Positions 17,170 to 29,419 of a stretch of DNA of 64,000 nt are shown here, piece after piece. This stretch comes from Paramoeba atlantica (lineage: Eukaryota; Protista; Discosea). Location: positions 94,022-158,021 of the forward strand of contig CDRNVI010000137.1 of the NCBI GenBank assembly GCA_977017575.1, given 5' to 3'. Numbering within the stretch: position 1 is the first letter of the stretch; the number at the start of each line of letters is the position of its first letter. The notes beneath the pieces were generated by a model, which was not told the DNA's origin, ran no database searches, and saw nothing but the letters and a program-made list of their open reading frames with translations. A program made the position numbers and the translations under genes.

Positions 17170-19537
17170 TGAACAAAAAAAAATGAAAAAAAGAAAGAAA
17201 ACAGAAAGGAAAAAAAAAGAAAGAAAAAAAAAAGAAAAGGGAAAGGAAAGGGAAAGGAAAGGGAAAAGGAAAAAAAAAAAAAGAGAAAAATAAACAAAAA
17301 ACAAATAAAAACAAAAGAAAAAAAAGAAAAAAAAAGAAAAAAAAGAAAAAGAAAAGAAAAAAAAAAAGAAAAGAAAAAAAAGAAAAGGAAAACAAAAAAA
17401 GAAAAAGAAAGAAAAAAGAAAAAAAAAAGAGAAAAAAAAAAGATAAAAGAAACAAAGAGAAGAAAAAAAGAAAAAAAGAAAGAAAAAAGAAAAAGAAAAA
17501 AGGAAAAGGAAAAAAAAAAGGAAAGGAAGAGGGAAAAGAGAAAGAGAAAAAAGAGAAAACCAACAATTTTCTTTTTATTTTCGCTTTGTCAAGAAAAGAA
17601 AGGAGAAAGAGGAAGAAAAGGAATAAAAACAAAAAAAAAAACAAAAAAAACAAAAAAAAACAAACAAAAAAACAAAAAAAAAGAAAAGAAAAGAAAAGAA
17701 CAATAAACAAAAACAAACAAAAACAAAAAAAACAAAAAAAAGGAAAAAAGGAAAAAAAAGGAAAAAAAAGGAAAAAAAAGGAAAAAAAAGGAAAAAAAAG
17801 GAAAAAAAAGGAAAAAAAAGGAAAAAAAAGGAAAAAAAGGAAAAGGAAAAAAGAAAGAAAAAAAGAAAGAAAAGAAAAAAAGAAAAACAAAGACAGAAAA
17901 AAAGGAAAAAAAAGAAAAAAAGGGAAAAGGAAAAAAGAAAAAAAAAAGAAAGAAAAGAAAAGAAAAACAAAGACAGAAAAGAAAGAAAAAAGAGAAAAAA
18001 AAAGAAAAAAAGAAAAAAAAAAGAAAAAAGAAAAAACAAAGACAGAAAAGAAAAAGAAAAAGAAAAAAGAAAAGAAAGAAAAAAAAGAAAAAAAAAAGAA
18101 AAAAAGAAAAAAAAAAGAAAAAAAGAAAAAAAAAAGAAAAAAAAAGAAAAAACTGTGAAGAAAAAGGATCTTTTTTGATACGTGATTTCACTCTTTTCTA
18201 ATGCAATGACTTCACTGTTTTAAAAGGAAAGAAAGAGAAGGAAAGAAAAGAAAAGAAAAGAAAAGAAAAGAGAAGGAGAAAGAGGGGAAAGAGGAGAAAA
18301 GAGAAGAGGGGGGGAGAAAGATTAAAAAGAGGAAAGATAAAAAATAAAGAAGATGAAAAAACAAAAGATAAAAGAAAAGAAAAAAAAAAGAAAAAAAAGG
18401 AAAAACACATAAAAAAGAAAAAACAAAAAAAAAAAACAAAGAAAAAAAAGAAAAAAAAACAAAAAAAAAACAAAAAAAAACAAAAAAAACAAAAAAAACA
18501 AAAGAAAAAAAAACCATTGAAGAAAAAGGACCATTATTTAAAATGTGAATTACACTCTCTTCAATTAAACAACTTTCCTGTGTTAAGGAGAAAAGAAAGA
18601 GAAAAGAAAGAGAAAAGAAAGAGAAAAGAAAAAGAAAAGAAAAAGAAAAGAAAGAGAAAAGAAAGAGAAGGAAAAAGGGAGAAAAAGAGAAGAGAGGGGA
18701 AAAGATTAAAAAGAGGAAAGATAAAGAAGAAAAAACAAAAGAAAAATAGGAAAAAAAACAAAAAAAAAAAACAAAAAAAAACAAAAACAAAAAGAAAAAA
18801 AAAAGAAAAAAAAAAGAAAAAAAAAAGAAAGAAAAGAAAAAGAAAAAAAGAAAAAAAAAAAAGAAAAGAAAAAGAAAAAAAAAGAAAAAAAAAAGAAAAA
18901 AAAAAGAGAAAGAAAAAAGAATAAACCTCAAGAAAAAAGAGAACATGATTTCACTTCACCCACCCACCTCTACCCAACCTTCTCAACTTTCTCAACCTTC
19001 CCCGACTTTCCCCTCCTTTCCTACCTTCCCTCTTCTCAACCCTTTCCCCTCCTTTCCTACCTTCCCTCTTCCCCACCTTTCCTCCCTTTCCTCCCTTCCC
19101 CACTTTCCCCTCCTTTCCTACCTTTCCTACCTTCCCCAACCTTTCCTACCTTTCCTACCTTTCCTACCTTCCCTACCTTCCCCACTTTCCCCTCCTTCTT
19201 CCCTCCTTCTTCCTCTTTCCCTTTTTTTTTTAGTTCTTAATTTAATTCTTTTTTTTAATTTCTCTTTCTTTTCTTTTCTTTTTTCTCTTTCCTCTTCTTC
19301 TCCTCTCCTTTCGCTCTTTCCTCTCTCTCACCGGGTTGCCAAAGGAAAGGAACGCAATTGCAAAGGTTTTTCAGGGCATTGAAAAAAAAATTCTCATAAA
19401 AAAATATTTTTTCAACACTCAGAAAAACAATTGAATTGTGCTGGTTTATTTTAGCACACAAAAAAAAAAAGATTTTAGGGCTCATAATTTTTCTGGCCTC
19501 GTTGGTTTTGTTTTGCCTTTTCTTTTTCTCTCTTTCT

Positions 19538-19571
<34 letters not shown>

Positions 19572-20080
19572 CTCTCTCTCTTCTCTTTTCTCTCTCTTTT
19601 TCTTTTCTCTCTCTTTTTTTCTTTTCCTTCTTTTTTTCTTTTCTCTTTCTCGAAATTTTTTGCCCTTTATGAATGGGACTGGATGGGGTTCTCTCTTTAT
19701 TTCTTTTTATTTCATTGACTTTTCTGTTTTTTTCTTCTCTTTTTCACTTTTATCTCTTCTCTTTTTTTTTTTTTTTCACTTTTTCACTTTCTCACTTTTT
19801 CACTTTTTTTTGTTCCTCTTTTTCTTGTTCCCCTTTTTCTCGTTCCCCCTTCTTCCCTTTTTTGATAGGGTCTCTCTTTTCTTTTTTCCCTTTCCCCCCT
19901 TTTTTCTTTTTCTCTTCTTTCCTTTTCTTTTTGTTGATTTCTTTCCTTTTGTTTTCGATTTCTTCTTCACAGTTTCTCATTTTTCTCTTTCTTCTCTTTC
20001 CATTTTCTCTTTCTCTTCTCTCTTTCTCTTTCTCTTCTCTCTTCTCTCTCTTTCCCTTCCCTTTCTTTTCCTTTTTCTTT
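17170..20080. repeat. low-complexity A/G-rich (left) and T/C-rich (right) tract with internal ~370-bp direct duplication
   Basis: Poly(AAAAG)-like runs. 18150-18515 resembles 18515-18940 (shared gaagaaaaagga.. and aagattaaaaagaggaaagataaa). Confidence 0.8.
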
Positions 20081-20174
20081 TTTGAAAAAATAAGACAGTC
20101 TCACAGATAAGTGAATCTTCAAAAAAAAAGAAGAGACAAAAGAGGTGTTTTTTTATTTGGGAAAGATGATGTAT

Positions 20175-20214
20175 TCTGGGTCCGGATTTTCACAAATTAG
20201 CACCCAGAGAGTAT
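20175..20214. repeat. short hairpin repeat family, copy 2
   Basis: Reverse complement atactctctgggtgctaatttgtgaaaatccggacccagaa matches copy 3. Confidence 0.75.
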
Positions 20215-20449
20215 CAAGATCTCTCCCCCAACCATCTATCTGACACATTCTTTTTGACGAAAAAAGAAAGGAGAAAAATTACAATGAGATAACCAACAGA
20301 GAAAAGAAGAGGAGTGAATAAAGAAAAAAAAAGAAAAAAGAAAAAAGAAAAAAGAAAAAAGAAAAAAGAAAAAAGAAAAGAAATAAACTTTTTTTCTTGA
20401 TAAAAAAAAGAGCACAAAAAATTTGATTCCATTAAAGAGATTTTGTTAT

Positions 20450-21343
20450 TTATTTTCGTCTTCTTTCTTTTGGAGGAGAATTGAAAAACTTCTTTTTTGA
20501 ATCATGTGGTGGGGAGGAACGTCGAGTTCCTTTTCTCTTATTTCTAAACATTTTGTCTTTCTCTTTTTCTTCTTCTTCTGGTCCAGTCGCCAACCTCTCT
20601 GTGATTTCCTCCAAACGTTTCTTGAGAATAATTTCTGTTTCCATCATCTTTTTTGACTTCTTTTCTTTTGCTTCAAGATTACAAAGTCTTCTTTCGATGT
20701 TTCGTCGTTGATTCTGAAGCTTTCTCGATTGCCCAAATGATCTTGGTTTACCATAATCTTCCTCTTCTTCCTCTTCTTCCTCTTCTTCCTCTTCTTCCTC
20801 AGACAATTGGACTTCTTCAATCTCCTCCTCATGTTTGTCACCAACAATGTCGTCCTCTTGACTTTTCAAATCAACAAGATTCTCTCGAACTTGAGTTTTG
20901 TTTTCAGTCAACTGTTCCTTTCTTTGTTGGAGAGCCACAATCTTTTCTTCAAGAACATCGATCTGATCTGCCAGTTTCTCATCACGTTTACTGAGCATTT
21001 CAATCTTCTTCTCTCTCTTCTGTTGTTCCTTGAGTCTTTTCTGAGGGTTCTCAGAAACTTCATCCCCCACTTTCTCAACCTTCTTCTCTTCATCATCACC
21101 CACTCGATTTTCGACCTCTTGGATCTCCTTTTTGGTTTCTTCTTCAACTTGACTCTCCACTGCTTTTGCTGTCTCGTTCTTTTTTGGGAGAACAAACAAA
21201 GCATCTTCCAAGTCTTGGTCACGTTTCACAAAGACGACATCACACTCATCGTCAAGATAGAACACTCGAACCGCAGTTGAAGTTCCGTACACATCCTGGA
21301 TCTTCCTTCGGAGACTTCGAAAGTCTTGGCTTGAACAGAACAC
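20450..21343 (-). CDS. PB1-domain protein with acidic coiled-coil C-terminus (5' end uncertain)
   Basis: DFRSLRRKIQDVY...VFYLDDECDVVFVKRDQDLEDAL fits the PB1 helix and acidic OPCA motif. It is followed by E/K-rich heptads. There is no clear in-frame ATG, and an in-frame TGA lies just upstream. Confidence 0.6.
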   Translation of the reverse strand: MFCSSQDFRSLRRKIQDVYGTSTAVRVFYLDDECDVVFVKRDQDLEDALFVLPKKNETAKAVESQVEEETKKEIQEVENRVGDDEEKKVEKVGDEVSENPQKRLKEQQKREKKIEMLSKRDEKLADQIDVLEEKIVALQQRKEQLTENKTQVRENLVDLKSQEDDIVGDKHEEEIEEVQLSEEEEEEEEEEEEEEDYGKPRSFGQSRKLQNQRRNIERRLCNLEAKEKKSKKMMETEIILKKRLEEITERLATGPEEEEKEKDKMFRNKRKGTRRSSPPHDSKKKFFNSPPKERRRK

Positions 21344-22085
21344 ACTCTTCCATTCTCAGTGTTTTGGACTTCCCACCACTCTTCTTCTCTTTCGACAATC
21401 GACATCAACTGAACTCTCATCACCATATTTTGATTGATTGATTGTTGTTTTTTCTGTTTCAAGTTATCCAGAAAAAGAAATGTTTTGAATTAAAAACAAA
21501 ACCTGAGGGTGTGGTTGATTGTGTTTGTTGTCGTTCACGAGGGAATGAGAGGGGGGGGGGGTGGGGTGTGGCGAGAAGGAACACCAATCAAAATTGAACA
21601 AAAAAAAACAAAAAAAATCACTGAAAGAACAACCAAAAACAACACACAGAAAAAAAAAAGAAAAAAAGCGCTGATAGGACCTGAAATAGAGGTCCATCAT
21701 ATTCGGACCCAAAATAGAGGTCCGTTTTTCTTTTTTTGTTTTTGTGTTTTTTTTTGTTCGTTTGTTTTTTTTTGGTTTTCCTCAGTCTTTCTTTTTCCTC
21801 TTTCTCTTTTCTTCTGTCTTTTTTTATCTTTCTTTTTGTGGGTTGTTAATTTTTTTTCCTTCTCTTTCTTTGTTTTTTCTTTATTTTTTTCTTTCTTTTT
21901 TTTGAAATTCCACCACTTTTTCTCTCTTTCCATTGAGGTTTTTTCTCTTTTCTCTTTTCTCTTTTCTTTTTTCTCTTTTCTTTCTTTTCTCTCATCTTTC
22001 TTTTCTCTCATCTTTCTTTTCTCTTTCTCTTTTCTTTTTATTAATTTGGATTGATATTAAAAGAAGAAAAAAAAGAAGAGAAAGT

Positions 22086-22204
22086 GTCTTCGGTCATACC
22101 CAGTTGAAAGCACCCGATCCCATCAGAACTCGGAAGTTAAGCAGCTGTGGGCTCGGTTAGTAGAATGGTGGGTGACCACATTCGAATCCCGAGTGCTGAA
22201 GACC
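22086..22204 (+). rRNA. 5S rRNA
   Basis: 119 nt. GTCTTCGG..CTGAAGAC terminal stem; CCCGATCCCATCAGAACTCGGAAGTTAAGC and GGTTAGTA..GGTGACC conserved eukaryotic 5S boxes; T-run after. Confidence 0.95.
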
Positions 22205-22226
22205 TTCTCTTTTCTTTTTTTTTTCT

Positions 22227-22228
<2 letters not shown>

Positions 22229-22257
<29 letters not shown>

Positions 22258-25200
22258 CAATGAAAGAGATTTTTGAAGGGAATGGTTGCACATTCGGCAG
22301 AATATCTCACCCAGTGAGAGGAGGAACTGCAGAAAAAGGGGGTAGTACATGTGGAAAGAAGAGGGGGGAATGGAAATGTCATTTGGATTGAGAGATGATG
22401 AGAAGCACAGAGAGTGATGGGTCAAAAGGGGGTTGCTGGGTTTTAGATTTTCCTGTATGCTCATCATGTGGTTTGCCATTGCTTTCATTAGTGCAGCTGA
22501 AATCTTCTTCTTTGCTCTTCTTAAGAAGAGGGGGAGGGGGTTGGCATCCAGGACCCGGTCGTTTTGGAGGGCAATTGAGGTGAGGGATCGGAGGAGTGCA
22601 CTAATGTCAGGGGATATTCCACCACCTGAGGATGAAGATGCTGGAAGGAAGGATGACTTCACCTTGGAGAAACGGAAAGAGTTATTTGTTTAAGGGTCTG
22701 TTTCTCCTCAGGGGTGTCTCTGCCCCTTCCTGCATTTTAAAGTCTGTTTCAGTCAGACATCTGTCCACATATTCTCTGTGTTTCATGATCCTGGCATGGT
22801 GTGCAGCAGGTGAGAGGGTGTTGAGTATGGGGTCAGAGTGGGTTTTGGTGGGTGTTTGGATCACACAGCGAAAGTGGGGGGTTTTGTGGGTTGACACAAC
22901 TTGGACATCAATACACAGATCCTGGTCACCTTGCCACTTGCGGATTGTAAGATCAGGTTGCTTGTGTGACACTTCCCAATTGGCCGGTAGGCTCCATCTC
23001 AGATTGTTGTTTTTCCCGCCGCCCAGCTGGCAATGTTCTTGAGTTCATCACGGAGAGCATGGTGTCTTCTTGTGTGGTTCCTCTTCCATGACTGGTGCAA
23101 TCTGAGAGGTGGAGGGAGGATGCAGCACAGAGTTCTTTTTCACAGAATCCACACTTGACAGCCCCAAGTTCACAGAGAGCCCCAAGCCAACTATGTCAAG
23201 CCTACATCGGTAGGCTGAGCGAAAATCTTCAGCATTTAAGGCTTGATATGGCTTTGGCCCAGAGGTGTCCTTGTCTGGGTAGGCTGTCATCCACAAGTGG
23301 GTGGTGGGGCCAACCTCATTCTCACGGATTGCACGGCAGAGGTTTTTGTCTTGTGTTGGGTCCATGATCTTCTTTTTGACATCCTGAAGTTCACAGGAGG
23401 TGAACTTCTTCTGTGGTTTGTAGTTTTCTCCAGTGTCCATTGAGTCAGATGGTGGCTCTGTCAATCGAGTTAGGAGCTCATGGACAGAGGTACCACTTGG
23501 CAGTTTCCACTCGCTCAAGATGAAGCTTTCAAAATGGTCATATATGCTTGGTGGAGAGCCTGGCGCTGGGGTGAGTCACTCTTCCAGAAGTCTTCAAAGA
23601 GGTTGATAAGTTCAGGTTTGAACTCAGAGCAGGATTGGTAGACTGAGATCCAGGAGCCAAGGAAGGCTGCTTGGTGGGTGTTCTGAGAGTAGCTCAAGCC
23701 ACCACCACCTTTTGACTTTGGAAGGCCTGCAGCTTCTACTCGAGAGAGATGGAGTTCTTTGTTTGGATGCAGGTGGGGGACTTGGAGGGGGTTGAGGAGG
23801 TAATTGATGTTTGTTGTAGTGGTTTGCTTGATGAAGTCTTGGAAAGGGGTTAAAGAGAGAGGTGTTGTGTGGCAGATGTATGTTAGTTTGGGTGTGATGG
23901 TTTTGACAAAAAGCTCGAGACTTTCATGGGGGTTGGAGAACATTATTAAACAGTGGTCTTGTGATGCTTGTTGGTATTCTTGAGCAAGGGTGTGAAGCCA
24001 CTTGGAAATTTGAGTGTTCAGCCCGATGGGTGACCCTAGAACTGTGATTACTTCCACCTTCCCAATGCCAAGATTTTTGAGGTCATTGCTCCTGGCGCTT
24101 CAGGAGAGAAACAGACCATTTTGCCCCTTTCTGTGCCAAGTTTGAGGTTGGCATTTGGGAGGACACTCTGGATCTGAGTGGTGATTTCTGCAATGGCAAC
24201 TGGGCTCCCACAAACAAATATATCATCGACAAAGAGGAGAAGAAGAAGTGCATTCGGTGGAGCATCAACCTTCTGAAAGATTGGATTAAGGATTCCATGA
24301 AATCCCAGACAAAAGAAAATTGTCCCGAGGGGATCTCCTTGCTGGACACCCTCCTCCATGGTGAGGGTGTGGTTCCGGTCATGAGAGAGGAGGGGTGTTA
24401 CCGAAGAATAGAAGGTGTAGAGGTATGGAAGTAATACAGGGGCCAGCTGGACTGTGCTCTCAAAGATGGTTTTTCTTGAGATGGAATTGAAGGCATTAAC
24501 AATGTCCAGTTCCGTGGCATAATGTTGTGGGTGGAGGTGGAGATAGGCTGTGATATTGCTTTGTGGACCATTTCTGCACCACTTGGCAAGCATACACCAT
24601 ACTGATGGGACAATTTCTCAGGAATTCCCTCGTGTTGGACTTCAAGAACAAGTGCAATTGCTGCCCACCTCTTGAGAACTTCAGCAACACCAATTGGACG
24701 GATCCCTTTGTCCCCTTTTGCCAGAGGAATGAAGAGAGAGGTTGCCATGATGTTGTGTATGGTTTCATTGAGTTTTTGGTTGGTGATTAAGACAGTCAAT
24801 TCTTTGAGGGTTGAGCAGAGTTCTTGGTCTGTGCATAGGAGTGTGACAAACTCATAAGACATTCCTGAGAGCCCTGGTGTGCGGCCTTTTGGAAGTCTCC
24901 GAAGGGCCAGATCAAGTGAGTCAAAGGACTGAAACTCATCTTGTTCAAGGATTGCTGGTTTCCAGTCAGGAATTTCGGCTCGATCTGGTGGAGTCCACGC
25001 CTGCTCAGATCTTGGGTAGAGGTTCTTTGCAGTTTCATGATTTTCTGGGACTGAGAGATCCCTGAATCCACTCTTGGATTGAAGCTTCCTTGCAGCTTTG
25101 GAGAGATGTCCTTTTCTGACCTCTTCAATAATCTGGTCTGCCTTGGTTTTCTTGGTGGACTTCTGCCTCCTCTTTTGCTTGAGTTTGCTGAGCTCGCCCT

Positions 25201-27425
25201 CAAGTTTTTTGTGGAGTCTCTCCCACTCAAAATTTCGCACCATGGTGCATCGAGATTTCACTTCTTTCATTCCTCAAGTACCCCTTCTAAGGCAGCCAAA
25301 GATCCATTTTGGGAGGAGGATCAGGAGTTGGGGTATCTTATGAAAGAGGTGTTGTACAGCACAAAAAGTTTTGATGACTGTATCACGAAGGCAGAGTGGT
25401 ACTGAGTCCATGTAGCAGAGGGGGATGTGTTTTGAGAAGGAGTCTCCTTCAAGAGAGAGGATGAAGTTCATTGTAGTCTCTTCTTTGCTTCCATGAGGAA
25501 GGGTTGTAGAGCACCCATGATTGAAGAAGAGTTGTTGGATGTGTTGTGGGTCTGGGTCGAGGATGGGTGTGATTCTCCAGGTGTTGTCAGGGCATCCTCT
25601 GTGTACTGCTAAACTTGTGATCCTATCTGCCAAAGAGTTGTTCTCGCAGTTTCTCCAGTTAATATGGTTTTCAGGGCTTGGGAATGGATGAGAGAGTGGA
25701 CAATTTCCTTGTTCTCATGAATGACACAGAGTGATGAGCTTCCAACGCACCATCCATTTGGGTTGGTAGCAACAGATCCATCCCCACAGATGAAAAAGAA
25801 GTTGTCTTTGACATTTGTGAGCGAGATTTCGGGAGGCTGTGGTGCAGGTTTCCAGTGTTGCCAGAACTGTAGGAGAAAGGCTATTCTCCCCGTGCTACTT
25901 GTGATTCGAGAGAAGGGGGACGATATCTCATCTTGCTTTGTTTGTTGAGCATTTTTGAAATCTGAGGAGAGAATGGGAGTAAGGTCTTAGTTTTTCTGTT
26001 GGCCACCAAAGAGGTGGTTGATTCCAAGTCCAAGGAGGTCACGAGCTCTGCATGTTTGGAGGGAGCTTGTTCTTGCGCGATCCAAGTTTCTGAAGCGGGG
26101 GACAGTTAAGACTATATCTTCAAAGGAGCCATTTTCGAAGAGTTCAAGGATAAGGGAGAGGGAGGGAGGAGTTTGTTGAAAAGAAGGTGGGCCATGAGAA
26201 GAAGGGTGGTGGGAAAGTTGTTGGGGAGGGGGAGCGAGAGGGGAGTGAGAGGGGGTGTGGGAAGGGAGGTGGTGAGGTGGGCTTGGAGGGGGGCAAATGA
26301 GGTGGATGGGAAGGAGGGTGGAGAGGTGTGTGAGGTGAGGGGTGAGATGGGAGGAGGAAAAGGGGTGATGGGATGGTTTTCTGTGCTGTTGTGGCATTGT
26401 GTTGAACAATAATGCATTTGGCAGTGGTTACAGGAGATGTGGGAGCCAACTTCTGCTTTACCATTGCATTCAGGGTTGTTACAGGAAGGGGGAGGGGTGC
26501 CAGAGGGATTGAGATCAGGATTAAGATTGAGATGAAGAGTGGGATAGGGAGTGGGGGAGGGGAGTGGGGAGGGAGGGGGGAGGGAAGTGGGGAGGGAGGG
26601 TGGGAGGGAATTGGGGAGGGAGGGTGGGAGGGGGGATTGGAGGGAGAGCAGGGAGGGGAGGTTAGGGATGGGAGAGGTTGGGGGGGGGGGGAGGAAGAGG
26701 GTGACAGAGAGTTTGTGACTTCCTGTGGTGGGAAAAGGAGCAGAATGTAAGGAGGCACTTCTCGCATTGGGAGACTATTACTTTTTGGTGTTGGCCTCTG
26801 CATCTTCAGTATGAGCAATTGCCAAGGAATTTTGGAGGATGTGAAGTTGTCTTCTGGGCCTGAGGATTGTCCATTCGATTTAGTTCTTTTTCTCTTTCTT
26901 TTCTGTTTCTTTCATTCTTTTCTTTTTCTGATTTTTCTCTTTCTTCCTCTTTTTTTCCATTCTTTTTCCTTCCTGTTTTTTTTCCTCCTCTATTTTCTTT
27001 TTCTTTTCATTCTCTTCCTTTCTTTTCTCTCTTTCTTCGTTGTTTCTGCTCCTGCTCTCTCGCTTTTTTGGGGTTCTCTTTGTCTTTTTCCTTCCTTTTC
27101 TCTTTCTCTGACCTCTTCTTTTTTTCCTTCTTTTTCTTTTTCTTGCTCTCCTTCTTGGCTGTGACTCTTTCTCCACTTGGCCTGAGTGAAGTTTTGGGAA
27201 CTGAAAGTTTTCTGTGCTATCTGGTTTGAGGGTGCTCAGGATCAAGAGGCATGGCTGTGGCAATCTCGAAAATCTTTTGTTATGTCAGGGGTGGGGAGCA
27301 GAGCTTTTGAAGGTGGGGTTTGAGAGGAAGAGGGGAGAGTGGGTATTGATTTGGATGAAGTGGGAAGTGATTGGTGGTGTGGTTGGTTTGTGGTTTGTTG
27401 TTTGTTGTTTTTCAAGGGGAAAAAG
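22229..27425 (-). mobile_element. RLE-type (CRE/NeSL-like) non-LTR retrotransposon, degenerate
   Basis: A 28-nt poly(A) tail appears as a T-run at 22230-22257. RT, zinc-knuckle and RLE motifs lie internally. A candidate 16-bp TSD TCTTTTTTTTTTCTCT is at 22213-22228 and 27426-27441, but it is low complexity. Confidence 0.85.
22400..26874 (-). pseudogene. retrotransposon ORF: 2 Cys-rich fingers - Pro-rich linker - possible RNase H-like segment - RT - CCHC knuckle - restriction-like endonuclease
   Basis: RT: GRTPGLSG, KGIRPIGVAEVLKR, ELDIVNAFNSISR, GVQQGDPLG, FVDD, GLPKSKGGGGL. Knuckle: CGFC..HLSDC..RHHALRDEL. RLE: QPDL..CIDVQVV. Multiple frameshifts and stops. Confidence 0.88.
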
Positions 27426-27829
27426 TCTTTTTTTTTTCTCTTTTTTTCTTTTCTTTTTCTTTTGAAATCTCTTTTTTTTTTCCTTTCCTCCCCTCCCTCC
27501 TTTTTTTTTTTTTTGTCTTTTTGTCTTTTTCACTTTGTTTTTGTTTTTCTTTTCTTTCTCTTTCATTCTTCTTCTCTCTTTTGGGATTTTTAAATTCTTT
27601 GTTTTTCTTTTGTCTCTCCTTTCTCCCTTTCTCACCACCACTCTTTCTCTCTTTCTAGAGCGCAAACATGCCCAAAGTTGTGCAGGTAGTGCCATGACAA
27701 AGACTTTTTTCTTTTTTTGTTCTTTTGTTTTGGAGTTGAATCGTCCTGGCCCTTGAAATTGCTCAAAAAAATTGTTGTACAACTCTGATTAAGGCAGGTA
27801 TTTCTTTCAATCCCCAAAATTCTTTTGGA

Positions 27830-29400
27830 TTTTGAATTCAAAGACTCTCTTCTTGAAACTGATCTTTTTTTTTTTTTTGAAAAAAAGGCTCATGAAACCC
27901 ATAAAGAAGCGATTCTTGAAAGTAGTGCAGGCTGAGTGTGAATATTGTCAAGTACCAGACCACAAAGCAATGACTTATGCTGGACCATTCATTGCTGTTC
28001 CTTCCTTGTTTGAGGAGAAATGGTGAAGACAATTAGAAAAGGCTTTAGACTGAAAAATTATTAGAGAAGGACTGACCTCCTGGAACCAGTGATTGAAACA
28101 CCGAAAATTGCGAATTGTTGTTGAACATTTTGTTTTGGATGAAAATGGTTGTTTTTCTTTATTGGCCCTCAAATTCTTTGATAAAGTTGGGCAATCTGGT
28201 TTTGTGGAAGTGGTGGGGAATTTTCTGGTGGTTTATGAAGTGGTCATGATTGAAACAAGGAAAGCCAACCTGCTTGTGGTTATTTTATTTGCTGCCCACC
28301 ACACATCAAAGTGTTGGATGACCTTGATCTTTTTGTTGATAAAGTTCATCATTTGATTGATCTTCCTGAGGAAATTTCATTTCATGACCTCCTTGCTTGC
28401 AAAGAAGACTGAGGAGGATGAGGAGAATGATGAAAAAGGAAAAGAAGAAGAGGAGGAGCAGGTAAGAACTCTTGAACTTGGTGCTGGTGGATTGCAATTC
28501 TCTTTCTTCCCTTGATATGACCCAGAGAAATATTTCTCCTGCAATTTGAGAATTTTTCTGAATTTTTTTGAAAAAAGACCCTACTCTTCCATCACCAACC
28601 ACAATCCAATAGATTTGTTGTGAAGGCAGCATCCAATCAAAATTAGAAGCACTACTATGAGTCCAAGAATGAAAATCCTCAACTCTCTCTCATGATGGAA
28701 GTTCATCACAAGGACAAAATCTTCTTTCTGTTGGGATTCAGGGCAAAGGTAAGCATGTTAATTTAGGTATTTGAGAAACAGTTGATCATGATGCCCTGTC
28801 AATTGCAAAGAATATTTTTTCTCTTTTAAATGGTCTCCAAAATCTAGCAAAGAAATTCCTTAAAACTCAGTCCTTTTCAGATTCTTTGAGCCTCTCTTCT
28901 TTTGAATCTGTGATGGGGGATCATACTCCTTCAAACCTAGCAGCAGTTGGAGAATTGAGTCAAATGGCTGGAAAAATCCTTCAGATTCTTGGTTGCCATG
29001 CCCATAAATGTGATCTTGTTGAAGAAGCTTTTTGAAAGGCTCTAATCAAAAATCTATCTTCTTGAGTTGAACAGATTGTTGATGATGATAATTTTGATTG
29101 TGGTGGTAGATCTGACTTATTGATGAAAGCTCCAACAAGAGTGAAAAATATTCACTCTTCTTCACACTTTCTGTATCAACTTGAAAAACTTGCACTGACT
29201 TCATTAAACAAGTATGGGCATTCTAAAAAATTTCAGGTCTGGACAGCACAACATAATTTTATCTACCACCACCTCAAACTTCTTCACTCAAATCAGTTTT
29301 TAGTTTATTCATACAATAGTTTGACTTGTTATCAAGACTTACACTATTAGGAAATGTTTGTGGAAAATTGTTTGCCTTCTTCCACTTGAACATTTGAAAT
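27830..29400 (-). pseudogene. heavily decayed coding relic, possibly an APE-endonuclease region of an L1-like element
   Basis: Nearly CpG-free broken frames. HSWTHSSASNFDWML resembles the APE xTWxH..SRxDxxL motif only weakly. Confidence 0.3.
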
Positions 29401-29419
29401 AGAGAATAAACAAGAAATT

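Noticed and set aside
16610-20432. Numerous poly-Lys / poly-Phe ORFs (also 11179-11766, 12468-13571, 21509-22054, 26811-27782)
   Set aside because: They are translations of A/G- or T/C-rich low-complexity DNA lacking stop codons, with no domain signal.
21310-21410. SH3-like reading EEEWWEVQNTENGRV upstream of PB1
   Set aside because: It is in a different frame overlapping the PB1 helix, and it lacks the ALYDY and GxxPxNY motifs.
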